From the NCBI GenBank assembly GCA_035221665.1, contig CM069134.1, positions 90,892,001-90,956,000 of the forward strand: a stretch of DNA of 64,000 nucleotides, in the 5' to 3' direction. Source of the stretch: Okamejei kenojei. Its lineage: Eukaryota. The notes under the pieces are model-generated. The model saw nothing but the letters and a program-made list of their open reading frames with translations. It searched no databases and was not told the origin of the DNA. The position numbers and the translations under genes were made by a program. Every line of letters starts with the position of its first letter. Position 1 is the first letter of the stretch. Below, piece after piece: positions 1 to 12,555 of this stretch.

Positions 1-154
1 TTCCATAGTAAGACATCCGAGATGTCCTCATATGGAACACCTCACCTTGGGCGCAGATGTGGTGTAGACGGAGGAATTGGGAGTAGGGAATAGAGTATGT
101 CCTCTGAGATGTCCCAATTGTTTAGGAAACGGGGGTTCCCATCTCCCACCATAG
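1..154 (+). mobile_element. Penelope-like element fragment containing an internal inverted segment
   Basis: Sequence appears to continue at 2231. Bases 32-37 are the reverse complement of 1-6, and gagatgtcc is repeated. Confidence 0.55.
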
Positions 155-2230
155 ACAAATAGTCCGATTTTATCGTATTCCGATTTTTAAGTTAACAAAG
201 TGTGAAAAATTGGAACAGTACGATTTTGAAATGAGGGGGAAAAAACGGCCAATCAACCACTATCTCTAAGGGGGTTAGAAACATAGAAAATATGTGCAGG
301 AGTAGGCCATCCGGCCCTACGAGCCTGCAACGCCATTCAATATGATCATGGCTGATCATTCAACTCAGTATCCCGTACCTGCCTTCTCTCTATACCCCCT
401 GATCCCCTTAGCCACAAGGCCACATCTAACTCCCTCTTAAATATAGCCAATGAACTGGCCTCAACTACCTCCTGTGGCAGAGAATTCCAGAGATTCACCA
501 CTCTCTGTGTGATTTTTTTTTCTCATATCAGTCATACAAGACTTCCCCCTTATCCTTAAACTGTGACCCCTTGTTCTGGACTTCCCCAACATCGGGAACA
601 ATCTTCCTGCATCCAGCATGTCCAACCCCTAATGAATGTTGTAAGTTTCTATAAGATCCCCCCTCAATCTTCTAAATTCTAGCGAGTACATCCCGAGTCT
701 ATCCAGTCTTTCTTCATATGAAAGTGTACCTTCTCTGTACTCCCTCTATGGCAAGAATGTATTTCCTCAGATTAGGAGACCAAAACTGTACGCAATACTC
801 CAGGTGTGGTCTCACCAAGACCCTGTACAACTGCAGTAGAACCTCCCTGCTCCTATACTCAAATCCTTTTGCTATGAATGCTAACATACCATTCGCTTTA
901 TTCATTGCCTGCTGCACCTGCATTCCTACTTTCAATGACTGGTGTACCATGACACCCAGGTCTCGCTCCATCTCCCCTTTTCGTATTCGGCCACCATTAG
1001 TCTACTTTCCAGTTTTTGCCACCAAAGTGGATAACCTCACATTTATCCACATTATACTGCATCTGCCATGCATTTGCCCACTCACCCAACCTATCCAAGT
1101 CACCTTGCAGCCTCCTAGCATCCTCCTCACAGCTAACACTGCCCCCCAGCTTTGTGTCATCTGCAAACTTGGAGATGTTGCATTCATTTCCCTCGTCCAA
1201 ATCATTAATATATATTTGTTGCGCCCAATCACCGACCAGCTTCTCTTAAAATTCCCATCCAATCAGCCGCTGTCTCCAAGGGCATTGTGTCCAATCACAT
1301 AATGCACTGATCATTCGGCAGCCAATCAGACGCTGTCTCCGAGTCGTGTTGCGGCCAATCACTGACCAGCTTCCCTTACTGAAGCAGGAGATGGCTGCCT
1401 CCAACACATTTTCTCTGCTGTTTGCACACAGTGCTAGGCAAAGAGACATTTCAGCTAACATTCTTTGTAAAGATTTTTTTTTGCTGTTTGAAGTAATTTA
1501 TTTCATGAAATGTTTATCTTTTGGGGGTTATTTTACTGGTTGTGTGTTAGAAAAATTCTATGCTTCTGTTATGTAAACTACCAGCAGAAAGCTTGGGAAT
1601 CACTTTCAATTTATTGAAATTGCAAGAGCACCCACGGGGGGACCTAACCGGCCTCCTGGATCTCTAGCCAATACTTGCTACTTTTTTTCTGGAGGTGAAT
1701 ATCATGCCTGTAGGAGTTGTTTCGGGCCAGGGTTCTTCTTCAAAAGGAAGGAACTGCAGATGCAGTTGTTTTTGCAAAACGCCAAATGATTCCAGCCCCA
1801 TAACATTTACCCAGGCCATTGGGAAACGTTGCTACCAAACGACTTTCAATGATAAACCTCTGAACAAATGCAAGAAAGCAGCTATGACATAAAATACACA
1901 ATAAACTGTATTACAAATACACAATAAATAAGTTATGCATTCTAGCACTCTTATATGGGTATGATTGTGCATATATTTAAAAAAATCAGCAAATGGAATC
2001 ACGTAAAAACACTGATTTCTTCAGCAAAATACTGATTTTCAAGTACAACACTACTGAAATGCTCTGACAAAACTTGGCAGTTCTGAATATATCTCGATAT
2101 CGGCAAACTACTTAAAATATCCTTAAAATCCAGGAGCTAAGGCGGGCCCCTGGACCCGCCTTCTGCGCTCACACGCCGTCAACCCACACACTCAGTGTAA
2201 GATTTTTCATTTTTCATGTTGGCAGGTATG
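155..2230. mobile_element. Probable degenerate non-autonomous DNA transposon interrupting the Penelope copy
   Basis: catag on both sides (150-154, 2231-2235). Right end catgttggcaggtatg looks like a TIR, but no matching left TIR is seen. Internal ccaatca repeats. Confidence 0.35.
278..1212 (-). mobile_element. CR1/HER1-type LINE 3' fragment
   Basis: Minus-strand RT fragments ISKFADDTKLGG and LVRPHLEYCVQFWSP; agaaacatagaaa tail at 278. Confidence 0.9.
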
Positions 2231-2820
2231 CATAGATGAGACCCTAATTTGTCTCTCCTCGGTACCCCACATTTCTGCCCTTGCTCCTCCTCCCCTAGTC
2301 TCAACAGAGGCAGAGTCCCCCTAGTCCTTACCTTCCACCCCATCAGCTGTTGCATACAACACATAATCCTCTGAAATTTCCGCCACCTCCAACGGGATCC
2401 CACCACTAGCCACATTTTCCCGTCTCCATCCCTTTCTGCCTTCTGCAGAGACCGTTCCCTCCACAACTCCCAGGTTAACTCATCCCTTCCCACCCAAAAC
2501 ACCCCCTCCCCAGGTACCTTCCCCTGCAACCGCAGAAGATGCAACACCTGTCGCTATACCTTCTCCCTCGCCTCTGTTCAGGGACCCCAACAGTCCTTTC
2601 AGGTTAGGCAGAGGCTCACTTGCTCCTCCTCCAATCTCATCTACTGTATCCTTTGTACAAGATGTGGACTGTTATACATTGGCGAGACCAAATGCAGACT
2701 GGGTGATCGTTTCGTGGAACACCTTCACTCATCCCACCTGAACCTACCTCATCTCCCCATTGCTGGACACTTTAATTCTCCCTCCCATTCCTACATAGCC
2801 CTTTCTGTCCTAGGTCTCTT

Positions 2821-3500
2821 AAGCCCCTGTCCCACTTACGTGTCTTTGGCACGCTAATTACGCGACCTCGTCGTCGCGTTGAGGCGCGATGGTCCCGCGA
2901 GAGCCGCACACATCTTCATGCGCCAGCACAGCCGTCTGGAGAGCGTGACGTCATTTGAAGATGGACACAAAATGCTGGAGTAGCTCAGCGGGACCGGCAG
3001 CATCTCTAGATGTTTCGGGTCGAGACCCTTCTTCAGCCTGAAAGAAGGGTCTTGACCCGAAACGTCATCCATTCCTTCTCTCCAGAGATGCTGCCGGTCC
3101 CGCTGAGTTACTCCTGCATTTTGTGTCTATCTTCAATTTTCTTGGCCCCGCTCTGGGAGTAGAAGTGGGGGCGGATCCAGATCTGCAACGGCAGTGAGCC
3201 CCAGGCTGAGTTCGACGATCGTTTTCCTGCTTCTGCTGCTGTTGGAGGTGAGATGTTGCGTCGCGCCAGGGTCTTGGGCCTGTCCCACTTTGGCCACCAG
3301 TTACGTGACAAGCCGGAGGCATGCAAAGATTTAGTTTGGTACAAAATCCCAGAGCGCCACGCGATACTGCGCACAACTCCATACCCCTCCGCGCTTCTCA
3401 GTGGGACTGGCCTCACGCTGCCACACGATGCCCGTGCGCCTCAACGTGATGACGAGGTCGCGTAATTTGCATGCCAAGGACATGTAAGTGGGACAGGGCC
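2821..3500. mobile_element. MITE with CTGTCCCAC-type long TIRs
   Basis: Left end gcccctgtcccacttacgtgtctttggcacgc..cgcgacctcgtc and right end gacgaggtcgcg..gccaaggacatgtaagtgggacagggcc form an inverted repeat of about 70 bp. Confidence 0.8.
2956..3136. mobile_element. Palindromic Penelope-terminal-derived short element
   Basis: Arms 2956-3010 and 3080-3136 are reverse complements, with back-to-back gaagggtc..gacccgaaac cores between them. Confidence 0.8.
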
Positions 3501-5168
3501 ACAACATTTCATTTGGGGAGCTTACAGCCCGGTGGTATGAATTTTGATATCTCTCACTTAAGGTATCCCCGACATTCCCTTTCTCTCTATCCCTCCTCCA
3601 CCCAAGTCGCACTAACTTCCCATTTTCACCCTACAAACAGCTAACAATGGCTTGTTTCCTTTATCATCATTACTTCTTTGCATATATTTCATTCATTCTT
3701 CTTTATCCCTCCACATCACCGTCTATCTCTCTTGTTTCCCTTATCCCTAACCAGTCTGAAGAAAGGTCTTGACCTGAAACGTCACCTATTCCTTCTTTCC
3801 AGAGATGCTGCCTGCCCCGCTGAGTTACTCCAGCTTTTTGTATCTATCTTCAGTCATAATACTTGACGTATTTCATCCACAAAACAATTTGATGTATCCA
3901 CGAAACAGTTAAAGAAAAGGTTCCTAAATTACACATGATTTCTGGAAATTCTATCTCCCATTTTTTTTTAAATTTATAGCCACTAGACTTACTAATTATG
4001 TAATGATGACATCTTAGCAAACATTTTAAATAATATTTTAATCTCCCCTTGTAATTTGTTTTAAAATTGATATCCATGTTAATTTAGAAGCCTCAATTCG
4101 CGAGGGAAGTATAATTAACTTGTGCATTATTGCTTCATTTGCTTATTTGTAAGTGCTTATGTAGGTGATTTGTAATGGATGTAATCCACTGATAATATAA
4201 AATCATCAAAATTGAAACTAACTATAAATGTTTTTCCCTCCCAAGAGACAATAACCTTTGAATGCATCCTTGGCAAGGATTGTAATATAGATATATAGCA
4301 ATTTATTTAGTAGATTTGTTTGTCTTGTGTTATGGTGGTGGGTTGTAAATATTTTTTTTTATATTTGAATAAATATTTTAATTAAAAAAGGGAGACAATA
4401 ACCGAACTGGAGCATGTATCTATTTGCTTGAAATTTTCAGATTGAATCAAGGAACTTGCATTTTAATGTATAATTAAATATCTTACAAAATCTATATATG
4501 CTGCCCAAAGGTTTTATGCCAGCTATTTCAAAATTTGCTCACACTTTTGTTGAATATTGGCATTTGAAAATATAATGTCAATATGTCACATTCAGTCTTA
4601 CAATGTCATCCATCCAAATTATTATAGAAATAGATGGATCCCCAGAACCGGTCTCTTTCATCTGTCCACTACCATCTTCTGCACATAAGGTAGTCAGCTG
4701 ATGTTCACCAACAATATACACACATGCTTACACTATGCAACAAGCACACATTTTCAAAGGGATGGAAGGCTAGTTATCCTTGAACTTTGGTCATGCAGAT
4801 TTAGTACAGGAATCATCACTATTATCCATTTAATACACAACTCGTAGATCTGTCAATATTATTTGTGAGAGGAACCTTGGGATTGTGGAGGGTAAATTAT
4901 TGTTTTGGTTTATCAGTCTTAATTGCATGCAAGTGATTAGTTACCATTTGTTCTCATCACTATACCTTCCATTCCATTGAATAAAGAAATGTAAGAAGAT
5001 AGTCTGTCCATTTAGCCCCTCTAACCTGCCATATGAGGAATTTGGATTGTAACAATCAAATATATTTTGGTGCTTACTTAAAGGTGGGGCGTTTGACTTG
5101 AAACATTTAACAGTTTTGCTTTATGTGCTTGACTTTACTTTAGACTAGCATCCTCCTCACAGCAGGCG

Positions 5169-5455
5169 AGATACTGCATAGAAATAGGCCCTTTGGCCCA
5201 CAGTCTGTGCTGACCAGCGATCACCTCATATATTAACACTATCCTACACACTAGGGACAATTTACAATTTTACAAAACCAATTAACCTTTAATGTCTTCA
5301 GAGTGTGGGAGGAAACCGGAGCAACCTGAGAAACCCCATGTGGTTGCCGGGGGAACATACAAACTCTGTACAGTCAGCACCTGTTGTTTGGATCAAACCC
5401 GGGTCTCTGGTGCTGTCAGGCGGCAGCTCGACTACAAATGCCACACTATGCCACA
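5169..5455 (-). mobile_element. tRNA-derived SINE (HE1/V-SINE-like)
   Basis: Reverse complement matches the SINE at 13857 (gtggca..gtg, B-box-like, gagtttgtatgttc core, CR1-like tail). Confidence 0.75.
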
Positions 5456-5479
5456 CTACAAAAGAGCAGTAAAAATCTC

Positions 5480-6142
5480 ATAGGTAGACAAAAATGCTGG
5501 AGAAACTCAGCGGGTGAGGCAGCATCTATGGAGAGAATAGGCGACGTTTCGGGTCGAGACCCTTCTTCAGACTGATGTCGGGAGGGAAGGGAAAAGGAAA
5601 GGAAGAGGCGGAGATAGTAGACGACGTAGAGCTGGGAAGGGGAGAGGAAGGAGGGAGAAAGCAAGGACTACCTGAAATTGGAGAAGTCAATGTTCCAGCA
5701 GCGGGGGTGTAAACTACCCAAGCCAAATATGAGGTGCTGTTCCTTCAATTTGCGCTGGCCCTTACTCTGACAATGGCGGAGGCCCAGGACAGAAAGGTCA
5801 GATTCGGAATAGGAGGGGGAGTTGAAGTGCTGAGCCGCCAGGTGATCAGGTTGGTTACTGCGAACTGAGCGGAGGCGTTGGGCGAAGTGATCGCCATGCC
5901 TACGCTTGGTCTCACTGATGTAGAGAAATTGACACCTGGAACAGCGGATCGAGTAAATAAGGTTGGAGGAGGTGCATGTGAACCCCTGCCTCACCTGGAA
6001 AGACTGCTTGGGTCCTTAGATGGAGTCGAGGGGGGGAGGTAAAGCGAAAAGTGTAGCATTTCCTGCAGTTGCAAGGGAAAGTACCAGGGGAAGGGTGGTT
6101 TGGGTGGAAGGGACGAATTGACCAGGGAGTTACGTAGGGAAC
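5480..6142 (-). mobile_element. Penelope-like element 3' fragment with terminal repeat
   Basis: ORF 5668-5994 reads CTSSNLIYSIRCSRCQFLYISETKRR (GIY-YIG). Intact terminal motif at 5542-5572. Confidence 0.9.
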
Positions 6143-7459
6143 TTACTCCTGGGTGATTCCTGCATTCGGTTTATGTTTAAGAATATTACTGACATTCAAT
6201 ATCTGCCAAAAAAAGTTGAAGCTACAACTTAATGGGCCTGAAAGCAAGGTTACAAATGCATAGCATCTTTGTAATGTAATCTCATCAAAGTTTTTCGATG
6301 ACCACATACTGCTTACCAATGTATTTTAACTTTTGACTGACATCTCCAACCAAGATGAATGAAACAAGATTTTATGCCCAATTTGTTTTGGATTTTGTAA
6401 ATGCCATGACTTCTTTTTAATAATCTAATCTGACCTTTTTATGTCCACTCTTTTTGCCTACTGATTAGAGTAAGACTAAAAGCAGACAAGCTGTTCACAG
6501 CTGAGCAAGAACAGGCAGTCATCATCTGAGTTAATAGCAAAGCTTTAACAAAGCAGATATATCCTAAGTTAACTTTAAAAAATCAAAAACTTCATCAAAG
6601 AGGTAGATTTTAAACACCTCTGTAAAGACTCGGTAAAGAGGAGTGGGAAGTCAAAAGAGAGAGAGATTCTGGGAAAGAATTCTAGAAGTAAAGGCATGAG
6701 CACCAGAGAATTTTTATCACCCTAATCTTGGCCTTTTAGTATCTCTTTCCATTCCCTATTTTTATTTTTGCATGTCATCTAATTTCTTATTCAATACATA
6801 CATTTGGCCTTATTCATTTCATGTGGCAATTTTCACATTCCATCTACTAACTAACAAGACTTTTTTCCGTAATTGTATTTATTTGGAACATATTTACGAA
6901 CTCTAGTTTATTTGTCTTCCACATCTAGAAGCTATTCAAATATTAATCATTAATCTAATTCTATAATTGAAAATAATTTTTTATCAAGAAAATAGTTGCC
7001 AAGATTTCTCAGTTGCTAGACAATCCTGTAAAACATCTGTATACCTTCTCCAGAGTTTGAGTCCAATTTGTAGTAAAGCCCCCAGAATTGTGTTCAACTT
7101 TGCAATTAATTGCATTATAATGTTTGTGGCTGAGTTCTCGACTTCAATGGGTTTCCCTTTGGAATTGCTGGTCAAAACCAACAAGGTTCTGACCAAAGAT
7201 AGATACAAAATTCCGGAGTAACTCAGCAGGCCAGGCAGCATCTCTGGATGCTAGTAAATGGACAGGTAATATTTTGGTTTGGGACCTTGTCCTTCTTGAA
7301 CTTGTGGGGAGAGGAAGTGAGATCAAATCTACAGGGCACAGAGGAGACAAGTGTGAGGGACCCATCTGTGACAGAACCTGTTTGAATGCGGTTTCCCTCT
7401 CCTGTCATAGATGGGTCCCTCACTTGTGTGCATGATCACAGTCTTCTACTGCATACAGG

Positions 7460-7995
7460 GATCTAAAACTAGAGATGTAAGGTGAGAGGAGAAAGATTTA
7501 AAAGGGACCCGTGGGCAACTTTTCCATGCAGGGCAGTGGCCATATGGAATGAACTTTCAGAGGCAGCTGTAGAGGCAAGAATAATTACAATGTTTAAAAA
7601 ATAGGTTTAAGGCGAGGGAGGAAAGATTTAATAGGAGCCCAAAGGGTCATCTTTTTACACAAAGGGTAGTGGCTATATGAAACCAGCTGCCAGAGGAGGT
7701 AGTTGTGGTAGGTACTATTGCAACTTTTAAAGAACATGTACACAAGTACATGGATAGGTTAACTTTAGCAGGAAAGTTACCTATCCAAACGCAGTCAGAT
7801 GGGATCGTGTAGATGGGGCATGTTGGTCGGCATGGGCAAGTTGGGCCGAAGGGCCTTTTTCCACGCTGTATGGAAAGGTTTAGAGGGATAAAGGCCAAAC
7901 ATGAGAAAATTGAACTTGCTCAGATAGACCCCTTGGTCGGCATGGATGAATAGAGCCGTAGGGCCTATTTCTATGCTGGATGACTGGCTCTATAA
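7460..7995 (+). mobile_element. CR1 3' end fragments (at least two, nested)
   Basis: gaaagatttaa..tttttacacaaagggtagtgg..ctgccagaggaggtagtt and gggccgaagggcc tail motifs. Confidence 0.7.
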
Positions 7996-8592
7996 CCTGG
8001 CATCCAATTATTCAGAAATCCTGATAGCCCAACTGTCTGGAACGCAGGTCAGGTATCTAAACTTAAAACTGGATGACCAGCCAAAGCTGGGAGTTTGGAG
8101 TGTGGTTGGGGCAAGAGTTCCGACTGTCGACTGATTGTGCAGCTGGACCCGGAGTCAGAGTCTGGACAGCAAGGGTCAGGTTTGTGGTCGAACTGGGTTC
8201 TGAAATACTTGCAAATTTTTGGCTTCCTTTAAACTCCTCAAGTTCATCAGAAAATGTATTGGACCATTATGTGACGTGTTTAAAGGAGTAAAATAAGTAT
8301 ATGTTGGGGTATTATTAGGAGTAACATCCAGCAGATGGGAAAATCCGCTAGTCCAGTGCCATCAAAGTCAAAATGATAAAAACAAGGAACTGCAGGCAGC
8401 ATCCCTGGAGAACACAGATAGGTAACGTTTCAGATTGGAACCCTTCTTCAGACTGATTGCAAGGGTGGGGGGAGGGCGAAGAAACCTAGATCATTCGAGG
8501 GGCAGGACAAAGCATGGCAGGCCAATTGCTGCTGGAGTATTGAGGTTTTATTGGGGGGGTTTTAACTCCTTATTTTGTTTTGCTTCTTGCAG

Positions 8593-8675
8593 ATGCAGCA
8601 GTTTTACTTCATTGGGTCTCTTTCCATGACAGTGGCCAACTGACCACTAGCCCTCCCGCAGTAAATCACATTGCA
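8593..8675 (+). other. 5' UTR portion of the first coding exon; upstream non-coding exon not located
   Basis: Polypyrimidine tract plus AG at 8570-8592 precedes the start codon. Confidence 0.6.
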
Positions 8676-9410
8676 ATGGCTGTGCTGGTCGACGGCAGGC
8701 CTGAGCGACAGCTCGGAAACTGCGCTTGCCCCTGGGAGAAGGCGGAAAGCTGTGCCAGGAAGGGAATTTTCTACCAAAAGGCCAGGCTGCTTCAACCCAA
8801 CGAGGATGCATATAGCATCGCCCAACTCAATGACAGAACCTCTGTTATCGTCAACGTCGGAGGCAATAAGTATCAGATTCCATGGACTACACTGGACCAG
8901 ATCCCTTTAACACGCCTGGGCAGGCTTAAAGCGTGCAGCAATTATGAGGAAATCATGGATATCTGTGACGATTACGATGTAAACCACAACGAGTTTTTCT
9001 TTGACCGAAATCCTTGTGCCTTCAGAACCATCATGACGTTCCTGACAGCTGGAAAGCTGAGGCTCCTCCGAGAAATGTGTGCCCTCTCCTTCCAGGAGGA
9101 GCTGGTTTACTGGGGCATTGAAGACGAAAATCTGGAGTGGTGTTGTCGCCGGAAACTTTACCAGAAAGTGGAGGATCTAGAAGAAATCAACAGGAGATTT
9201 GAAGTGCTCCTTACTGAAGAACCACCGGGTGCCTTTGATGAGATGACTCGGCTGGGTCATTGCATGAAGAAGCTCAGGGACATGGTAGAGAATCCTGATT
9301 CGGGGATCCCAGGCAAGATCTTTGCATGCCTCTCAGTTCTGTTTGTGACGATCACTACAGTAAGCCTCTGTGTCAGCACCATGCCCGATCTGAGGCAGGA
9401 AGAGGAGAGG
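8676..9410 (+). CDS. KCNG2: Kv6 (KCNG) silent K+ channel subunit, coding exon 1 (N-terminus, T1/BTB domain, S1)
   Basis: ATG in good context (gcaATGG) at 8676, downstream of acceptor ttttgcttcttgcAG (8592). T1 motifs VNVGG, EFFFDRNP, ELVYWGI, CC. S1 GKIFACLSVLFV. Donor GAGG|gtaagt at 9410/9411, phase 0. Confidence 0.95.
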
Positions 9411-9739
9411 GTAAGTATCTGTTTATTAAACATATAGTTTCCAAATGATTAATCAGTGCACTAGGCATCATCTGCACTTACATCTGTGCTTATGGCTCCT
9501 TAAATAGCAAAATCTACCCTAGGCTATTTACTTTACATTATCAAAAAAAACATTGATGTCAATTCCCAATAGTATATTACATGTGGCTATATGAGTGCAG
9601 CAATAGTCATAGGTGAGCGTGTATTGTGAGCATCTTTATCATCGATTTCTTACTTATTTTCATCACTCCACCATCAGTGCCTCTTTAATTGCATAACCTT
9701 TCAGCATTCTCATGTTATGTCCCTGGAGGACTGGGGGAA

Positions 9740-11335
9740 AGTTGAGGATGCAGAGTGACTTGGACAGGTTGGGTGAGTGGGCAGATGCTGTATAATGTGG
9801 ATAAATGTGAAGTTATCCACTTTGGTGGCAAGAACAATAAAGCAGATTATTATCTGAATGGTGTCAGATTAGGAAAAGGTGAGGTGGAGGGTAGCTAATG
9901 TAACCCCACATTTTAAGAAAGGAGGGAGAGAGAAAGCAGGGAATTATAGACCAGTTAGCCTGACATCGGTAGTGGGGAAGATGCTTGAGTCAATTATTAA
10001 AGATATAATAGCAGCGCATTTGGAAAGCAGTGACAGGATCAGCCAAAGTCAGCATGGATATATGAAGGGGAATTCATGCTTGACTAATCTTCTGGAATTT
10101 TTTGAGGATGTAACAAGTAGAATGGATAAGTGAGAGCCAGTGGATGTAGTGTATCTGGGCTTTCAAAAAGCTTTTGACAAGGACCCACACAAGAGATGTG
10201 TGGGTCCTCATCTCTTGAAATTAGAGCACATGGTATTGGGGGTAGGGTATTGACATGGATAGAGACTGGTTGGCAGACAGGAAGCAAAGAGTCCTTTTCA
10301 GAATGCAGGTAGCGACTAGTGGGGTGCCGCAAGGCTCAGTGCTGGGAGCCCAGCCATTCACAATAATATATACAATATATAATAACGATTTAGTCAAAGG
10401 AATTTAATGTAACATCTCCAAGTTTGCGGATGACACAAAGCTGGGTGGCAGTTTGAGCTGCGAAGACGATGCTAGGAGGCAGTGTGACTTGGATAGATTG
10501 GGTGAGTGGGCAGATGCATGGCAGATGCAGTATAATGTGGATAAATGTGAGGCTATCTACTTTGGTGGCAAGAACAAGAAGGCAGATTATTATCTGAATG
10601 ATGTCAGATAAGGAGAAGGGGAGGTGCAATAAGACCTAGGTGTACTTGTACATCAGTAACTGAAAGTAAGCATGCAGGTACAGCAGGCAGAGAAGAAAGC
10701 TATTCATAGCGAGAGGAGATGTATGGGAGCAAGGAAGTCCTACTGCAGTTGTACAGGGCCCTGGTGAGACCGGGCCTGGAGTATTGTGTGCAGATTTGGT
10801 CCCCTAATTTGAGAAAGGATATTCTTGCGATTGAGAGAGTGCAGCAGGTTCAACCGGTTAATTCCCAGGATGTCTGGACTGACATATGATGATAAAATGG
10901 ATCGATTGGGCTTATATTCACTGGAATTTAGAAGGATGAAAGGGGATCTTATAGAAACATATAAAATTCTGAAGGGATTGGACAGGCTAGATGCAGGAAA
11001 AATGTTCCCCATGTTGAGGGAGTCCAGAACCAGGGATCACATTTGAGGAATTAAGGGGTGGGCCATTTAGGACTGAGATGAGGAACACTTTTTCAGCCTG
11101 AGAGTTGTGAATCTGTGGAATTCTCTGCATTGGTAGTGGCTGCCAATTCACTGGATGTATTCAAGAGAGAGTTAGATATAGCTCTTTGGGCTAACGGAAT
11201 CAAGGGATGTGGGGAGAAAGCAGGAACAGGGTACTGATTCTGGATATCTAGCCATGATAATATTGAATGGTGGTGCTGGCTCGAAGGGCCGAATGACCTA
11301 CTCCTGCACCTATTTTCTGTTTTTATATTTCTATT
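9740..11335 (+). mobile_element. CR1/HER1-type LINE, 5'-truncated, in the KCNG2 intron
   Basis: GNYRPVSLTSVVGK, SCLTNLLEFFEDVT, KFADDTKLG, LGLYSLEFRRMKGDLIE; 3' tail at about 11330. Confidence 0.92.
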
Positions 11336-11849
11336 ATATCTGTGAATATGTCTTAAAATAATTCAAGGATTCCAAAGTGGTTTGGGATGGCTTGAAATTG
11401 TGAAAGGCATTCTCTAAATGGTATCACTTTGTAATGGATTGCCTGTGCACTTCTCAGCCATTCTCTCTTCCATTAATACTATCCTTCAGACCGTCCATCA
11501 AGCCTTTGATCACCAGCTCTGTTATGTCCTTGGGGAAATCTAATTACATTTAATAAAAACAGAAAATGCTCTGCTCACTTAGCAAGCCAACAGCATGAGA
11601 AGACAGATAAACTGAGTTAACATCTCAGTTTTAATGCAATTAGACACATACAATATATAAAAATCAAAAATGCATTAAATTAATATTTTTTACTAGGTAA
11701 AAAATAGGTAATCATAATAGTGCAAAAAACAATATGCATAGTGCAACCAAAGATCACAGTTCTTGAGGTTAGTGTTGTGTGTGGTCAAGAGCCTGACTGC
11801 TGGAAGAAGCAGCTCTTGAACCTGTTGGTTATAGTTTTTAGCCTCCACG

Positions 11850-12190
11850 CTGACCACGATGCCCCATCTAAGCTAGTCCCATGTACCTGTCCAAATATTT
11901 TTTAAGCATTGTAATAGTACCTGTTTTAACTACAACCTCCAGCAGCTCACTCCAGATACCCACCATCTTCTGAAAAAGTTGTCCTCTCAGGTCCCTATTA
12001 CATTTTCCCCTCTCACCTGAAAACTATGTCTTCTGGTTCTTGATACTGTTACCCTGGGGTAAAAGGCTTTGTGCGTTCACCTAGTCAATTACCCTCACAA
12101 TTGTATACATCCGTATAGAATCATCTTTCAGCCTCTAGTGTTCCCAGGAATAAAGTCCTAGCCTGCCCAACCTCTCCCAATTAGCTCAGG
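11850..12190 (-). mobile_element. CR1 3' fragment
   Basis: Homologous to 12600-12990. Confidence 0.65.
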
Positions 12191-12555
12191 TCCCCCCCCC
12201 AACCACAATCAGCTCATTGGTGTTACTAACATCTTAGAGTAAGATTGTTCTGGCACCATTCAATCAGATTTTCAATCTCCCTCCTGTACTCCAATTTATA
12301 ATTAGGATTGAACTTGACCTGATCGAACTTGGAGGCAACAGCACTACTTTACTACACCTGGTTTATCCTTTTGGCCTTGCGCATAGGTGCTTACCACAGT
12401 CGATGCCAACACTGATGCCTCTCTCTGCTAATGCCACATTAGCTATAGCTCCCTCTACTCCTTCCCTATCCAAGTACTTATCGGACTGCCTTTTGAAATC
12501 AGGCAGGAGGCCAAATTGGCATTTCCTCACCAACTTTCCATGCAAACTGTTAGCG

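Larger units (their letters stand above)
2231..3852 (+). mobile_element. Penelope-like element 3' part (GIY-YIG endonuclease and terminal repeat), interrupted by a MITE
   Basis: Plus-strand translation gives SSNLIYCILCTRCGLLYIGETKCRLGDRF. Resumes at 3501 and ends with the ctgaagaaaggtcttgacctgaaacgtc terminal motif. Confidence 0.85.

Noticed and set aside
718-1302. 194-aa + strand ORF
   Set aside because: It is the antisense frame of a CR1 RT fragment.
8580-8675. N-terminal extension of the Kv ORF in the ORF track
   Set aside because: It starts at TTG inside the polypyrimidine tract; the first in-frame ATG with good context is at 8676.
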